DNA from: Bacillota bacterium
GTDB taxonomy: Bacteria; Bacillota; UBA994; UBA5500
Length of the DNA: 63,365 nucleotides
Direction: 5' to 3'
NCBI GenBank assembly: GCA_041686915.1
Contig: JAWLDB010000002.1
Location: 1 to 63,365, forward strand
Position numbers and translations under genes: made by a program. Shown here in pieces: positions 8,441-17,816 of this stretch (the stretch's first letter is position 1; the number at the start of each line of letters is the position of its first letter). The notes under the pieces were generated by a model. It had not been told where the DNA came from, made no database searches, and was given only the letters and a program-made list of their open reading frames with translations.

Positions 8441-9121
8441 ATGAAGTATGAAGTCATTGGCGGAAATCTACCAGCTGTTACCCTGGAACTAGACAGGGGC
8501 GAGCAGGTTTTCTCGGAGACTGGCGGCATGGCCTGGATGACAGAAGGCGTTTCCATGGAAACCAATATGGAGGGCGGGTTGTTTGCGGGACTGGCGCGCG
8601 CTGTATCTGGGGAGTCAATGTTCCTGGTCACCTATAGTGCACAGAAGAACGGTAGCAAAATCACCTTTACCTCGAGCTTCCCTGGATCGATCATGCCCAT
8701 GCATCTGAAGGCTGGTCAGTCAATTATCTGTCAGAAGCAGGCGTTCCTTTGCGCGGAGCGCTCTGTGACACTGAACGTACACTTGCAGCGGCGGTTGGGT
8801 TCCGGCCTGTTTGGTGGCGAAGGTTTTGTGCTGCAGAAGCTAACCGGCCCAGGAGTCGTCTTCCTGGAAGTCGACGGCTCGGTGGTTGAGCAGGATTTGC
8901 AGCCCGGAGAAGTGTTGAAGGTGGATAACGGACACGTAGCTATGTTTGAGCCTTCGGTGGACTTCTCATTGGAGACAGTTTCCGGCTTCAAGAATGTGCT
9001 ATTTGGTGGCGAAGGCCTGTTCCTAGCCAAACTAAGGGGGCCGGGAAAGGTCTGGCTACAGACAATGCCGGTAGTCAATCTGGCACAACGGATTGTCCCA
9101 TTTGTACCCCAGAAGAAATAA
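8441..9121 (+). CDS. AIM24 / TIGR00266-family protein
   Basis: MKYEVIGGNLPAVTLELDRGEQVFSETGGMAWM...GESMF has the typical N-terminal pattern of this family. Confidence 0.75.
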   Translation: MKYEVIGGNLPAVTLELDRGEQVFSETGGMAWMTEGVSMETNMEGGLFAGLARAVSGESMFLVTYSAQKNGSKITFTSSFPGSIMPMHLKAGQSIICQKQAFLCAERSVTLNVHLQRRLGSGLFGGEGFVLQKLTGPGVVFLEVDGSVVEQDLQPGEVLKVDNGHVAMFEPSVDFSLETVSGFKNVLFGGEGLFLAKLRGPGKVWLQTMPVVNLAQRIVPFVPQKK

Positions 9122-9136
9122 CACAAATTGCACTCT

Positions 9137-9168
9137 AAAGGGGCAGCCTCGCTGCCCCTTACAGTTTT
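9137..9168. terminator. Bidirectional hairpin terminator
   Basis: AAA-GGGGCAGC-CTC-GCTGCCCC-TT between convergent genes. Confidence 0.75.
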
Positions 9169-9178
9169 GCACCAACTC

Positions 9179-11107
9179 TCACGGCAAGAACTTGACCTGG
9201 TTCTTGCCTGCGGCTTTTGCCTGATACAGGGCTTGGTCAACTGTCAAGAATAAATCCCGAGGTGTGCTGTCCCTGGATGGAATCCTGGAAGTCACTCCAA
9301 TGCTGACTGTTACCCAGGGGCTAACCGATGAGTACTCATGCCGCAGGCGCATCTCCTCAATAGTCTGTTGGAGCACAGCAGCCATTTGCATTGCCTCGTC
9401 TCTTGACAGGCCTGGAAGTGCCACGATGAACTCCTCGCCACCGAAGCGGGCAACCAGGTCACTAGCGCGATTGAAGAGGCTGTGCATGATCTGGGCAACC
9501 TGTATTAGGCAGTTATCGCCTGCCTGATGGCCATAGGTATCATTGTATGCCTTGAAATCATCAACATCCAGTAGCAACAGCGAGATCGGGGTTCCATGCC
9601 GCAACGCGCGATTCCACTCAAGCTTAATCACGTTGTCATAGTGTCGCCTGTTCCACAAGTCAGTTAAAGGGTCTTTCAGCGAAATTAGGTTTAGAACCCG
9701 ATTTGCTTCCTCCAGCTCTAGTTTTTGTTGCTCTATCTCCTTTTTGGATTGCTCCAAAGCCTTGGTGCGTTCTGTTACCAACTCATCCAAGCCTGCATTC
9801 AGTACCTTTAGCTGTGCAGTCATCACCTCTTCCTGCTCCAGGGCGGTAGAGAACCTCTGGGCCAAAACTAGAGCGTTGGCGAACACAAAGATCAGTTGAC
9901 CCACAGATGAAAGGTTGCCTGTTGTAAAGATAGAACGCAGCTGCGGTGACCCGCTGTCACTCATCCAGATGCTGAGAAATACCATGTCGTTTAGGGTAGT
10001 TATGATTATCGCAAGCGCACCCATCATTATCAGCTTGACTCCCACATCCTTATGAAGCAGAGCCTGGACGAGCGCATAGAGGGTATATACCATTACCAGC
10101 AGAGTGAACAGCTGATACGCTGGATTAACTACTGTAAAGGCTCGTGCATTGGTGAACAGCACTATTGCTGCAAAGGCACCAGCAACTCCTTGCACTAGTC
10201 TGACTACGCTAGCGTGGAATCTTGCCGGGAAAACAGATTGGAAGAACATTACTATGATCGGCACACCGAGGTAAAATGCAAGCGTTTGCAGTTTGTGAGC
10301 GAGTTCCCAGCTGAAGCCAGGATACAGATATATTAGAAATCGTTCTCCCAGCAGCAAGGTTCTTATGCCGACTAGCAGGCAGAAAGTACCAAAATAGAAC
10401 GCAGATTTATTCGTGCGCCGATAGAGAAACAGGGCAAGATGATAAGCGCCTATTACAAAGAGACTGCCAAACAGGAACAGCTCGCCGGCTATCCGCCTGT
10501 CGCGAAGTCCGGTGACTAACCCTTCACTACCAATGAGCAGGCTCTCGAGCAGACCACCACTACGGTGATAGAAATTGGATAGCTGCATCACTATCTCGTT
10601 AGTGCCAGTTTGTGGATCAAACAAGGCGACTTGTGGTAAATACTGCGGAATAACCGCAGCCTTACTTTGGCCTACGGTACCTGCAGAGGCAACTAGCTCT
10701 CCATTAACCCACAGTCTGTAGGACGTAAATACCCTGGGCACCTTTAGTCCCAGCCGCCCTCCTCCCGTGGTTTCAAAGAGCAACCGGTAAGTCGCGTAAC
10801 CTTCGCCCGATAACTCCCTACCATCGACTATGTAATGATTCCACGAGCCTGGAACGTCTATATATCCGGTCTGCGGCGGACTCATTCTCTTGAAATCCTG
10901 AGGTGTTAGTAGCTGCTCCCAGTACAACTCCCACTGTCCGTCCAATCTGACTACCCGCTCACTTAACTTAGAAGAAGCCAGGTCCAGAACTCCCGCCTTT
11001 GCCTTTGGCTGACGCAGCTCCACATCGGAAGCACTGTATCCTGCCGCAAGCAGAGACAGCAATGCCGCTGCCAAGGCGAGTGAAAGCAATGCTTTGCGTT
11101 TATGCAT
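9179..11107 (-). CDS. Diguanylate cyclase with 7TMR-DISM-type extracellular and 7-TM sensor region
   Basis: The order is signal peptide, large N-terminal extracytoplasmic domain, about 7 hydrophobic helices, coiled coil, then a GGDEF domain with intact GGEEF and an RxxD I-site five residues upstream (RASDLVARFGGEEF). Confidence 0.9.
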   Translation of the reverse strand: MHKRKALLSLALAAALLSLLAAGYSASDVELRQPKAKAGVLDLASSKLSERVVRLDGQWELYWEQLLTPQDFKRMSPPQTGYIDVPGSWNHYIVDGRELSGEGYATYRLLFETTGGGRLGLKVPRVFTSYRLWVNGELVASAGTVGQSKAAVIPQYLPQVALFDPQTGTNEIVMQLSNFYHRSGGLLESLLIGSEGLVTGLRDRRIAGELFLFGSLFVIGAYHLALFLYRRTNKSAFYFGTFCLLVGIRTLLLGERFLIYLYPGFSWELAHKLQTLAFYLGVPIIVMFFQSVFPARFHASVVRLVQGVAGAFAAIVLFTNARAFTVVNPAYQLFTLLVMVYTLYALVQALLHKDVGVKLIMMGALAIIITTLNDMVFLSIWMSDSGSPQLRSIFTTGNLSSVGQLIFVFANALVLAQRFSTALEQEEVMTAQLKVLNAGLDELVTERTKALEQSKKEIEQQKLELEEANRVLNLISLKDPLTDLWNRRHYDNVIKLEWNRALRHGTPISLLLLDVDDFKAYNDTYGHQAGDNCLIQVAQIMHSLFNRASDLVARFGGEEFIVALPGLSRDEAMQMAAVLQQTIEEMRLRHEYSSVSPWVTVSIGVTSRIPSRDSTPRDLFLTVDQALYQAKAAGKNQVKFLP

Positions 11108-11265
11108 TAACAGCCCTCCTTCTGCCCGCGTCTGCCATTACTATACCAGTTTTGTAGCCGAAGTTAGTAGTCCTAATTGTGTCATCAATGAGCTAGAATG
11201 ACACGATTTCGTAACAAAAAAGGGCAGCCTGTAGCCACCCTTTCGTGGTTTCCCTTGCCTGCCTT

Positions 11266-12240
11266 TTACTCTCGCCCTACTGCTCCCGCTACCATTTCCA
11301 CAAAGTCCAATCCAGCTACAGGATTGGCCGGTTGCATTCCTTGCAGCACCCGCCAGACATCTTCGACTACTGTTTGACAGACCGCAGCCTGCGCTTCCAC
11401 CGTTAACCCGGCCAGATGCGGACTAAGAACTACGTTGCCGAGCTGCCGGAAGGGGTCATTCGCCTGAGGGGGTTCAGAGTGCCTTACGTCCAATGCAGCC
11501 CCAGCGATCCTATGCTCCTTCAGGCAACTGTAAAGGGCTTGCTCATCCACCACTTCCCCGCGGGCTGTATTCAGTATGAAGGCATGAGGTCGCATCATCG
11601 CCAGTTCTGCTGTTCCAATCAGCCCTTTCGTCTGCGGGGTTAGGGGGACGTTCAGGGAAACGAAGTCTGACTCAGCGAGCAGAGTATGTAGGCTTACCGT
11701 ATCGTAGTCCTGTGCTGGCTGCAGATTGGATATCAGTACGCGACAACCCATTGCCTTGCACATTCGCGCGAGCAGGCTACCGACCGCGCCAAACCCGACT
11801 ATCCCCACCGTCTTGCCATAAAGCTCATTACCGGTTAGCTTGACCCGCTCCCACAGGCCGCTGCGCACAGAAACATCTGCCTGAAGCAATCGCTTAGACT
11901 GAGCCAGCATCAACATGAGACAGAACTCTGCCACTGAGCGGGCACTGGCACCTGGGGCATATACAGTTGTGATACGACGTTCGGCCAGAGCGGAGCAATC
12001 AAGATTATCCAGACCTACCCCCAAACGGCCTACTACCTGGAGGTTACAACCCTTCTTTAGCAATTCTCTATCTACGACAGTCCGGTTACGGACAATCAAC
12101 CCCTGCATCTGCGGCATCAGGGCAGCAAGGCGTTCCGGTTGTCGATATAGTTCCGGCTCATAGAAACAGGCAACCCTCTGCTGCAACCACTGTAGAGCCT
12201 GCTCTTCAATAAACTCACTGACTAAGATCACTAGCACCAC
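11266..12240 (-). CDS. D-isomer-specific 2-hydroxyacid (phosphoglycerate-type) dehydrogenase
   Basis: NAD fold GKTVGIVGFGAVGSLLARMCKAMGCRV and a C-terminal SPHLAGLT motif. The start is uncertain. A GTG near 12240/12231 gives a typical family length, while the ORF is open to an ATG at 12378 that overlaps the upstream stop (TGATG). Confidence 0.75.
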   Translation of the reverse strand: MVLVILVSEFIEEQALQWLQQRVACFYEPELYRQPERLAALMPQMQGLIVRNRTVVDRELLKKGCNLQVVGRLGVGLDNLDCSALAERRITTVYAPGASARSVAEFCLMLMLAQSKRLLQADVSVRSGLWERVKLTGNELYGKTVGIVGFGAVGSLLARMCKAMGCRVLISNLQPAQDYDTVSLHTLLAESDFVSLNVPLTPQTKGLIGTAELAMMRPHAFILNTARGEVVDEQALYSCLKEHRIAGAALDVRHSEPPQANDPFRQLGNVVLSPHLAGLTVEAQAAVCQTVVEDVWRVLQGMQPANPVAGLDFVEMVAGAVGRE

Positions 12241-12377
12241 TCCCAAATTTGATTCCTGTTGCACAATATGGCACAACGGGTGGATGGGTGCGCGTAGTCG
12301 TGGTAAAGCGAAAGCCACCCGACAGGTGGCTTCTATCTCATTTTCTGTTCCTGGGGCAGACGCATGTTTATACCTCA

Positions 12378-13034
12378 TCAGCGGCTTAGGCCATCATTTA
12401 TGTGCGTCAGCTGTCCCTCTTCCTCAACTTCCCACTGTGCGTAAAGCGCGTTCACCAGGTTGGTCCGGTGGTCCAGCTCGGCCACAGACAGAGCGTAATT
12501 CATACTGGTCCGAGCTTCCTTGCGCCACTCCGCGTCCTGTCCATAATACCAGTCGCGGGCGACGTGCTGGTTGTGATGTTTAAACGCCGTATAATGAAAG
12601 TGGATCCAGATGCTGTTGACTCCGTAGTGATCAAGCGTATCGGCATCCTGTACCAACAGCACTTCCGGCGGGTAGTCCTGCACTTGTTGACTGCGCATAT
12701 ACTTGCTCTTTGGTCGCATGTAATGATGCCCCACAATCAGGGTAACGACTTCCAGTTCCTCTGAGGTTAACAGATGAGGAATCTCCTGCCGGATTATCTG
12801 TGCCCCGCGCGGCCCGTGGTCTGGCCCCTTAAACCCGGCTTTGCCTAGGTCATGCAAGAACCCGCCTATGTAGAGGATGTCACGGTTGACTGATAACTGT
12901 TGTTTCTCCGCCAGCTGCAGCGCAAGCTTGGCTACCCGCAACCCATGATAGTAGCGGTATCCAGGCTCAAGCGGCGACTCATCCGTACCTTTCATCTTCT
13001 CTGTGCCCCATGCGATAACCTCGTCAAATCTCAT
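12378..13034 (-). CDS. HD-domain phosphohydrolase
   Basis: GGFLHDLGKAGF and VGHHY motifs. The ATG at 13034 lies 7 nt after GGGGAGGAG. Confidence 0.75.
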   Translation of the reverse strand: MRFDEVIAWGTEKMKGTDESPLEPGYRYYHGLRVAKLALQLAEKQQLSVNRDILYIGGFLHDLGKAGFKGPDHGPRGAQIIRQEIPHLLTSEELEVVTLIVGHHYMRPKSKYMRSQQVQDYPPEVLLVQDADTLDHYGVNSIWIHFHYTAFKHHNQHVARDWYYGQDAEWRKEARTSMNYALSVAELDHRTNLVNALYAQWEVEEEGQLTHINDGLSR

Positions 13035-13102
13035 CCTGTCACTCCTCCCCATACTCTGCCGAACGGGTCAACCACATTCGTTTAAGGAAGTTCGGCAAAC
13101 GA

Positions 13103-13879
13103 CTAGAGTTTAATCTTCAGTCTGCCAAAATCATGCATTCCACTGCCATGGCAAAGCAGACCATGCTCACGAAGCTGACCAAACGCAGTGTTTGCCCGCC
13201 CCAGAAGTGCTACAGGCACGTCCAGCTCGTTGTGTCCCGGCAACAGTCTGCATACCCCCTGCATCGCAGCCAGCCGGGCTATGGAGGCTGCATAAGCTAC
13301 GGGATCAGTACTGGGGTAGAAGGCATAGAGCGTTCCCTGATATAGCAGGTCTCCAGTGAACAGGTAGCCCTGTTCAGGGTCAAAGAAGCAGAGATGACCT
13401 GGTGAGTGTCCAGGAGTGTGCAGCGCAACCAACCTCCTTTTACCCAACTCAATTGTTTCGCCGTCCTGCAACAACCCGGTTGGCTGCTCGGTATAGGGAA
13501 CGTATTTGTCCGGATCAAACTCCGGCGGAGCTGGTCTGGTCAATGGGTCGCGCATCAGTCCGGCACGGATGACTGATAACGGCATAGGCAATCCGTGCAC
13601 CAGCCAATCTAGATCTCCCGCATGAACATATGTCTGATCATAGAGACTATGTCCGCCGATGTGATCCCAGTGAACATGCGTAGTTAGTACCTTGATAGGC
13701 AGGTCAGTTAGTTGATCAGTCACTAGCCTGATGTTAGCGATGCCAAGGCCCGTATCTATCAGGGCAGCGGACATACTCCCTATCACCAGGTATGAAATAC
13801 ATCTCTCCCAGTGACCAGGCTCACTTATTGCATAGGTAGTGTCATCTATTCTCGTTACGTCAAACCAAGAGTGTGTCAT
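13103..13879 (-). CDS. MBL-fold metallo-hydrolase
   Basis: THVHWDHIGG (HxHxDH) and downstream His/Asp ligands (HTPGHSPGH). The ATG at 13879 follows GGAGGG. Confidence 0.85.
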   Translation of the reverse strand: MTHSWFDVTRIDDTTYAISEPGHWERCISYLVIGSMSAALIDTGLGIANIRLVTDQLTDLPIKVLTTHVHWDHIGGHSLYDQTYVHAGDLDWLVHGLPMPLSVIRAGLMRDPLTRPAPPEFDPDKYVPYTEQPTGLLQDGETIELGKRRLVALHTPGHSPGHLCFFDPEQGYLFTGDLLYQGTLYAFYPSTDPVAYAASIARLAAMQGVCRLLPGHNELDVPVALLGRANTAFGQLREHGLLCHGSGMHDFGRLKIKL

Positions 13880-13938
13880 GCTTACCCTCCATTTCAACCT
13901 GGCTTCCATGAGGCATGGGTTATGTAGGTCTGTTTACA

Positions 13939-14778
13939 TTACAGGGTCAGACAAGCCAATAGCTGCTGCTTAGGCAGTGTGTAATAACCGTATTCTGCCG
14001 TTACCATAAAGCCAAGCGACTGATACAAATCCAGCGCCGTTGCATTTTTGCTAGCCACTTCCAACGTAAAATGCGTGGCGCCGGCTGATGCCAGTTTGTC
14101 CATAATTAGCATGAGTATCTGCCTACCGTATCCCTTTCTGCGGCGCTCGGGAAGCACGCCCAGACCGTAGATAAAGGCATGCCCTTTCTGCAGCCTGGCT
14201 TCTACCTTGCCAACAGGGCAATCGTTCATCTCGGCCAGCCAGACACCTGCAACGTTCACTGGTATGTCCCCACTATCTCCAAAGTAAATGGCGTTCTGCC
14301 TTGCAATCTCTGGCCGGTCCGCTTGAGCCGCCTCCCGGAGAGAGAAGGATTGCTTACCACCACTACCGGGAACATATTGCTTTTCCATACGATACTCGTT
14401 ATGGTCATGGTTTGCGCTCAGTGCTTTGAGCAGCTTCAGACCCGGTTCCGAGCCAGGAGCGCAGATTAACACCAAGGTTTCGACTTGGGTATTGACTGGC
14501 TCCTGAACAGCCAGTTTCAGCAGGCGGGAGAAGATACCCTGGCACCTATTCGCAGGATTCACCATACCCGAGAGCTCCACTTCGCCGGGCATCATCTGGG
14601 TGACACCAAGATAGCCAACCAGAGAACCTGCGTCATCACGGGCAGCGTGACTCCGTTGTCCAGCTATCAGACGCGGGGCAGAACCATCCGTCTTCCTGCA
14701 CTCATCAGCGAGCCGTTGCACTTCTCGCCATTCAGATCCGCCCCGCAGAAACTGGCCTGCCAGAAACTTATAAACCAC
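13939..14778 (-). CDS. GNAT-family acetyltransferase (two GNAT-like halves)
   Basis: The C-terminal half has RRRKGYGRQILMLIMDKLASAGA. The GTG at 14778 lies 6 nt after GGGGGAG; the listed ATG at 14793 has no SD. Confidence 0.7.
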   Translation of the reverse strand: MVYKFLAGQFLRGGSEWREVQRLADECRKTDGSAPRLIAGQRSHAARDDAGSLVGYLGVTQMMPGEVELSGMVNPANRCQGIFSRLLKLAVQEPVNTQVETLVLICAPGSEPGLKLLKALSANHDHNEYRMEKQYVPGSGGKQSFSLREAAQADRPEIARQNAIYFGDSGDIPVNVAGVWLAEMNDCPVGKVEARLQKGHAFIYGLGVLPERRRKGYGRQILMLIMDKLASAGATHFTLEVASKNATALDLYQSLGFMVTAEYGYYTLPKQQLLACLTL

Positions 14779-15082
14779 TTTGCACTCCCCCATTCTATCT
14801 CATTGTTACATTTCGAACTTATGGTTTACAAGCACAATCTGTCAGCATCCACCGACAGCATTACCGGTGCTGCTTCACTTTTCACAGGGTAAAATATGGT
14901 TATGTCTTAAGGTGAGTCTAGCGGTTAACACCAGTTTAGTGGCACAATCTTCTTTGAAAAGCAAAACCAGCTGAGGCTTCGTTGATACGGGCTGCCGGGA
15001 AGCAGAATTGACACGGGGATAGGAATGCTCATACTTTGACAGAACGATAGACGATAATGGAAGTTTGAGAGGAGGAACACAT

Positions 15083-16258
15083 ATGGTACAAGATAAGGAG
15101 CAGACAGCCGTAAGGTCAGTGTTACAGAGGTTTCAGGATGGATACACAGCGCGTGATACAGCTGCTTTAGACCAGTTTATGGCCGACCTCTGGGTGACTG
15201 ATGAGGAACAGTTTATTATTGGTACAGGCCATGGAGAGTGGTCATTCGGCCCGGCGGAGGTACGGAAGTTAATCGAACTGGATTGGCTGCACTGGGGAGA
15301 TATGGCGCTGGACGTATCAAACGCAACCATTGCTGTTACCGGTGAAGTGGCGTGGCTTTCAGCAACAGCCACTGTCAGCAAGGAAGGTAATGCGGAGCAG
15401 GACTGCCAGCAGCTGCTGGCGATTACCAAGGACGACTTAAACAGCGACCTACCAGGCTACCGCAAACTGCTGTTCTTGAACGCCGGCATCAGCCAACCCC
15501 TATGGGAGCTCGCACGTGGCACTGAGTTTGCATGGCCCCTGCGGTTTACAGCGTCCTTGGTGAAACGTGCAGGGAAGTGGTTATTCAATCACATGCATTT
15601 CTCCTTTGATACCAGCGATTATCCGGACAACCGGTTGGGCGTTGCCAAGGTTGAGCCTTGGGACATCGACCAGGTGCAGCGCAAGCTGGCAGGGAAAGTG
15701 AAACAGCACTGTACAGCCGGGCACGAAGATGTCAGGTCATTGCTTGAAGCTTTAGGCACTGCTTTTACTACCAAGGATGGGGAGAGGCTGTACACCTTAC
15801 TGGGAGATCAGCCCGTGTTCATTGGAACAGCCCCGGCACAACGCGCTACCGGCGCAGAGGAAGTCGTAAACGCAATGCTGGCACAGGCAACTCAGGACAG
15901 GTTTTGGGGCGAGTTGAAGCTGAACGCAGCGGACGCCCTCGTTTACAGCAGCGATGACGTGGCCTGGATCGGCGCTATCGGTACAGTAACACGCACTATC
16001 ACGGCTTCCGAGGTTTACGAAGCACACATTCAGCGCATACAGCAGCTGATGGACGCACAACTAAGCGTACAGGCCAAACTGTTGGGGATTGTCCGGCATA
16101 ACTCGTTCACTTTGATGGAGCTGGAAAAGGGAGAGCTAAACGTTTGGCCGGTGCGTCTATCTGCAGTGGCAGTGAAGAAAGGAAATGATTGGCGGATCCA
16201 ACAGCTGCATTTCTCTTACCCTACCGTTTGGGGCTCGGATGAGCGTATACTGCCGTAG
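15083..16258 (+). CDS. Tandem SnoaL/NTF2-like (DUF4440-type) two-domain protein
   Basis: Two similar halves each begin with an ...F..G[YF]T..D...L......  pattern (VLQRFQDGYTARDTAALDQFM; LLEALGTAFTTKDGERLYTLL). The ATG at 15083 lies 6 nt after GGAGGA. Confidence 0.6.
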   Translation: MVQDKEQTAVRSVLQRFQDGYTARDTAALDQFMADLWVTDEEQFIIGTGHGEWSFGPAEVRKLIELDWLHWGDMALDVSNATIAVTGEVAWLSATATVSKEGNAEQDCQQLLAITKDDLNSDLPGYRKLLFLNAGISQPLWELARGTEFAWPLRFTASLVKRAGKWLFNHMHFSFDTSDYPDNRLGVAKVEPWDIDQVQRKLAGKVKQHCTAGHEDVRSLLEALGTAFTTKDGERLYTLLGDQPVFIGTAPAQRATGAEEVVNAMLAQATQDRFWGELKLNAADALVYSSDDVAWIGAIGTVTRTITASEVYEAHIQRIQQLMDAQLSVQAKLLGIVRHNSFTLMELEKGELNVWPVRLSAVAVKKGNDWRIQQLHFSYPTVWGSDERILP

Positions 16259-16290
16259 CCGCAGTATTCAAAGCCTGGGCTAGATATGCT

Positions 16291-16323
16291 AAAGCCCCCT
16301 TCGCAGGGGGCTTTGCTGTTCTT
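16291..16323. terminator. Bidirectional hairpin terminator
   Basis: AAAGCCCCCT-TCGC-AGGGGGCTTT between convergent genes. Confidence 0.8.
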
Positions 16324-16355
16324 ATGGTGCGGATAAGACAGAGACTGCCTTTGTC

Positions 16356-17807
16356 TTATTTGGCGCGGCTGCGGCGCCGTTCCCAATAGCGCTTAGCAAT
16401 TGCAGCATCTGAGAACGGGATGGAGGTCTTGCCAATTTTCAAGGTATCCTCGTGTCCTTTACCCAGCACTAGCACCACGTCCTCCGGACCCGCCATGCCT
16501 ATGGCAGCCTCAATCGCTTTTTCACGGTCCAACTGCACAAGGTGCGGCTTATAGATACCACGCAGCGTCTCACGAGCTATGACCTCAGGGTCTTCGTCTT
16601 CAGGATTATCGTTGCTCAAAATCACGTACTCGCTGTAGCGACTGGCAATTTCACCCATAAGCGGGCGCTTCTCGCGGTCACGGTTACCGGTACAGCCAAA
16701 AAGTGTGATCACTTGACCCTTGGCGATGCGGCGGGCATGCTGCAACACTTGCTCCATGCCATCCGGTGTATGCGCGTAATCAACGATGACGGTGGGGGCC
16801 GTTCCGACTACTTCCCACCGCCCCTTCGGCAAGGTTAGATGAGGAATGCCTCTTAGGAAGTGGAAGGGGTCTTGCCCGATGCAGATGATACCGCCGAGAG
16901 CAGATAATAGATTATAGAGGTTATGCAGACCAGCCAAAGGTGTTGTTACCTGGGCGGTGCGGCCATCTATATCCAGCTCGAAGCTGAACCCATCGTGGTT
17001 AATCATGATATTGCGCGCCTGAATGCGAGCACGGCGCATAGTACTGATTGTCAGGGCACCCTCGAACTCGTCAGCCAAGCGGGCACCGTATGGGTCATCG
17101 ATATTGATCACCGCCTGCTTGTGTGGCATCAGAAACAGCTTGCGCTTGGCCTGAAAATACGCCTCAAAAGTCTTATGATAATCCAGATGATCCTGGGTCA
17201 GGTTGGTGAAGATCACACCGGCAAAATCCATTCCACGCGCCCGGTCCTGCTCCAGAGAGATGGAAGAGATCTCAACACCCACCACCTTAGCATTCTGCTG
17301 GTGCAGATTCGCTAAGATGCGTGCCATTTCCAGCGCATCGGGGGTCGTGTTTACAGTCTCTTCAAGTTTCTGATCTTCGGGAAAGAACACACCAAGTGTA
17401 CCGATGGTAGCAGTAGGCACGCCACCATGGTTAAGCAGGCTGGCGATCAGATGGCAGGTCGTAGATTTGCCGTTGGTCCCTGTTATCCCGAGTTGTCGCA
17501 ACTGCTTGCTATAGTCTCCGTAAAACGCATACGCCAAGTCGGCCAAAGCCTGATTGCTGCTCTCCACCTGAATGTAGTTGGCGTATGGCAGGTCACGCTC
17601 ACCTACTATCCAGGCAGCTCCATTGGCCAATACCTGGGCAGCAAAATTGTGCCCATCAACGCGCTCGCCTACTTTGCAGACGAAGACGCATCCGGGCCTG
17701 ACCTGGCGCGAATCATGGTATATACCTTGTACTTTTATGGCACCAGTCTTGATGTCTTCAATCAACCGATTAAACTCCAACTTACAGCCCCTCCCAAGGA
17801 ACCCCAT
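16356..17807 (-). CDS. murE: Mur ligase, MurE-like (UDP-MurNAc-L-Ala-D-Glu : diamino acid ligase paralog)
   Basis: Motifs align colinearly with MurE: GITGTNGKSTT P-loop, GCTGNRDREKRPLMG, NDNPEDEDP, GKGHED. The start is ambiguous between TTG/ATG at 17810/17807 and a TTG at 17780 behind GGGAGGGG. Confidence 0.85.
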   Translation of the reverse strand: MGFLGRGCKLEFNRLIEDIKTGAIKVQGIYHDSRQVRPGCVFVCKVGERVDGHNFAAQVLANGAAWIVGERDLPYANYIQVESSNQALADLAYAFYGDYSKQLRQLGITGTNGKSTTCHLIASLLNHGGVPTATIGTLGVFFPEDQKLEETVNTTPDALEMARILANLHQQNAKVVGVEISSISLEQDRARGMDFAGVIFTNLTQDHLDYHKTFEAYFQAKRKLFLMPHKQAVINIDDPYGARLADEFEGALTISTMRRARIQARNIMINHDGFSFELDIDGRTAQVTTPLAGLHNLYNLLSALGGIICIGQDPFHFLRGIPHLTLPKGRWEVVGTAPTVIVDYAHTPDGMEQVLQHARRIAKGQVITLFGCTGNRDREKRPLMGEIASRYSEYVILSNDNPEDEDPEVIARETLRGIYKPHLVQLDREKAIEAAIGMAGPEDVVLVLGKGHEDTLKIGKTSIPFSDAAIAKRYWERRRSRAK

Positions 17808-17816
17808 CAACTTCCG

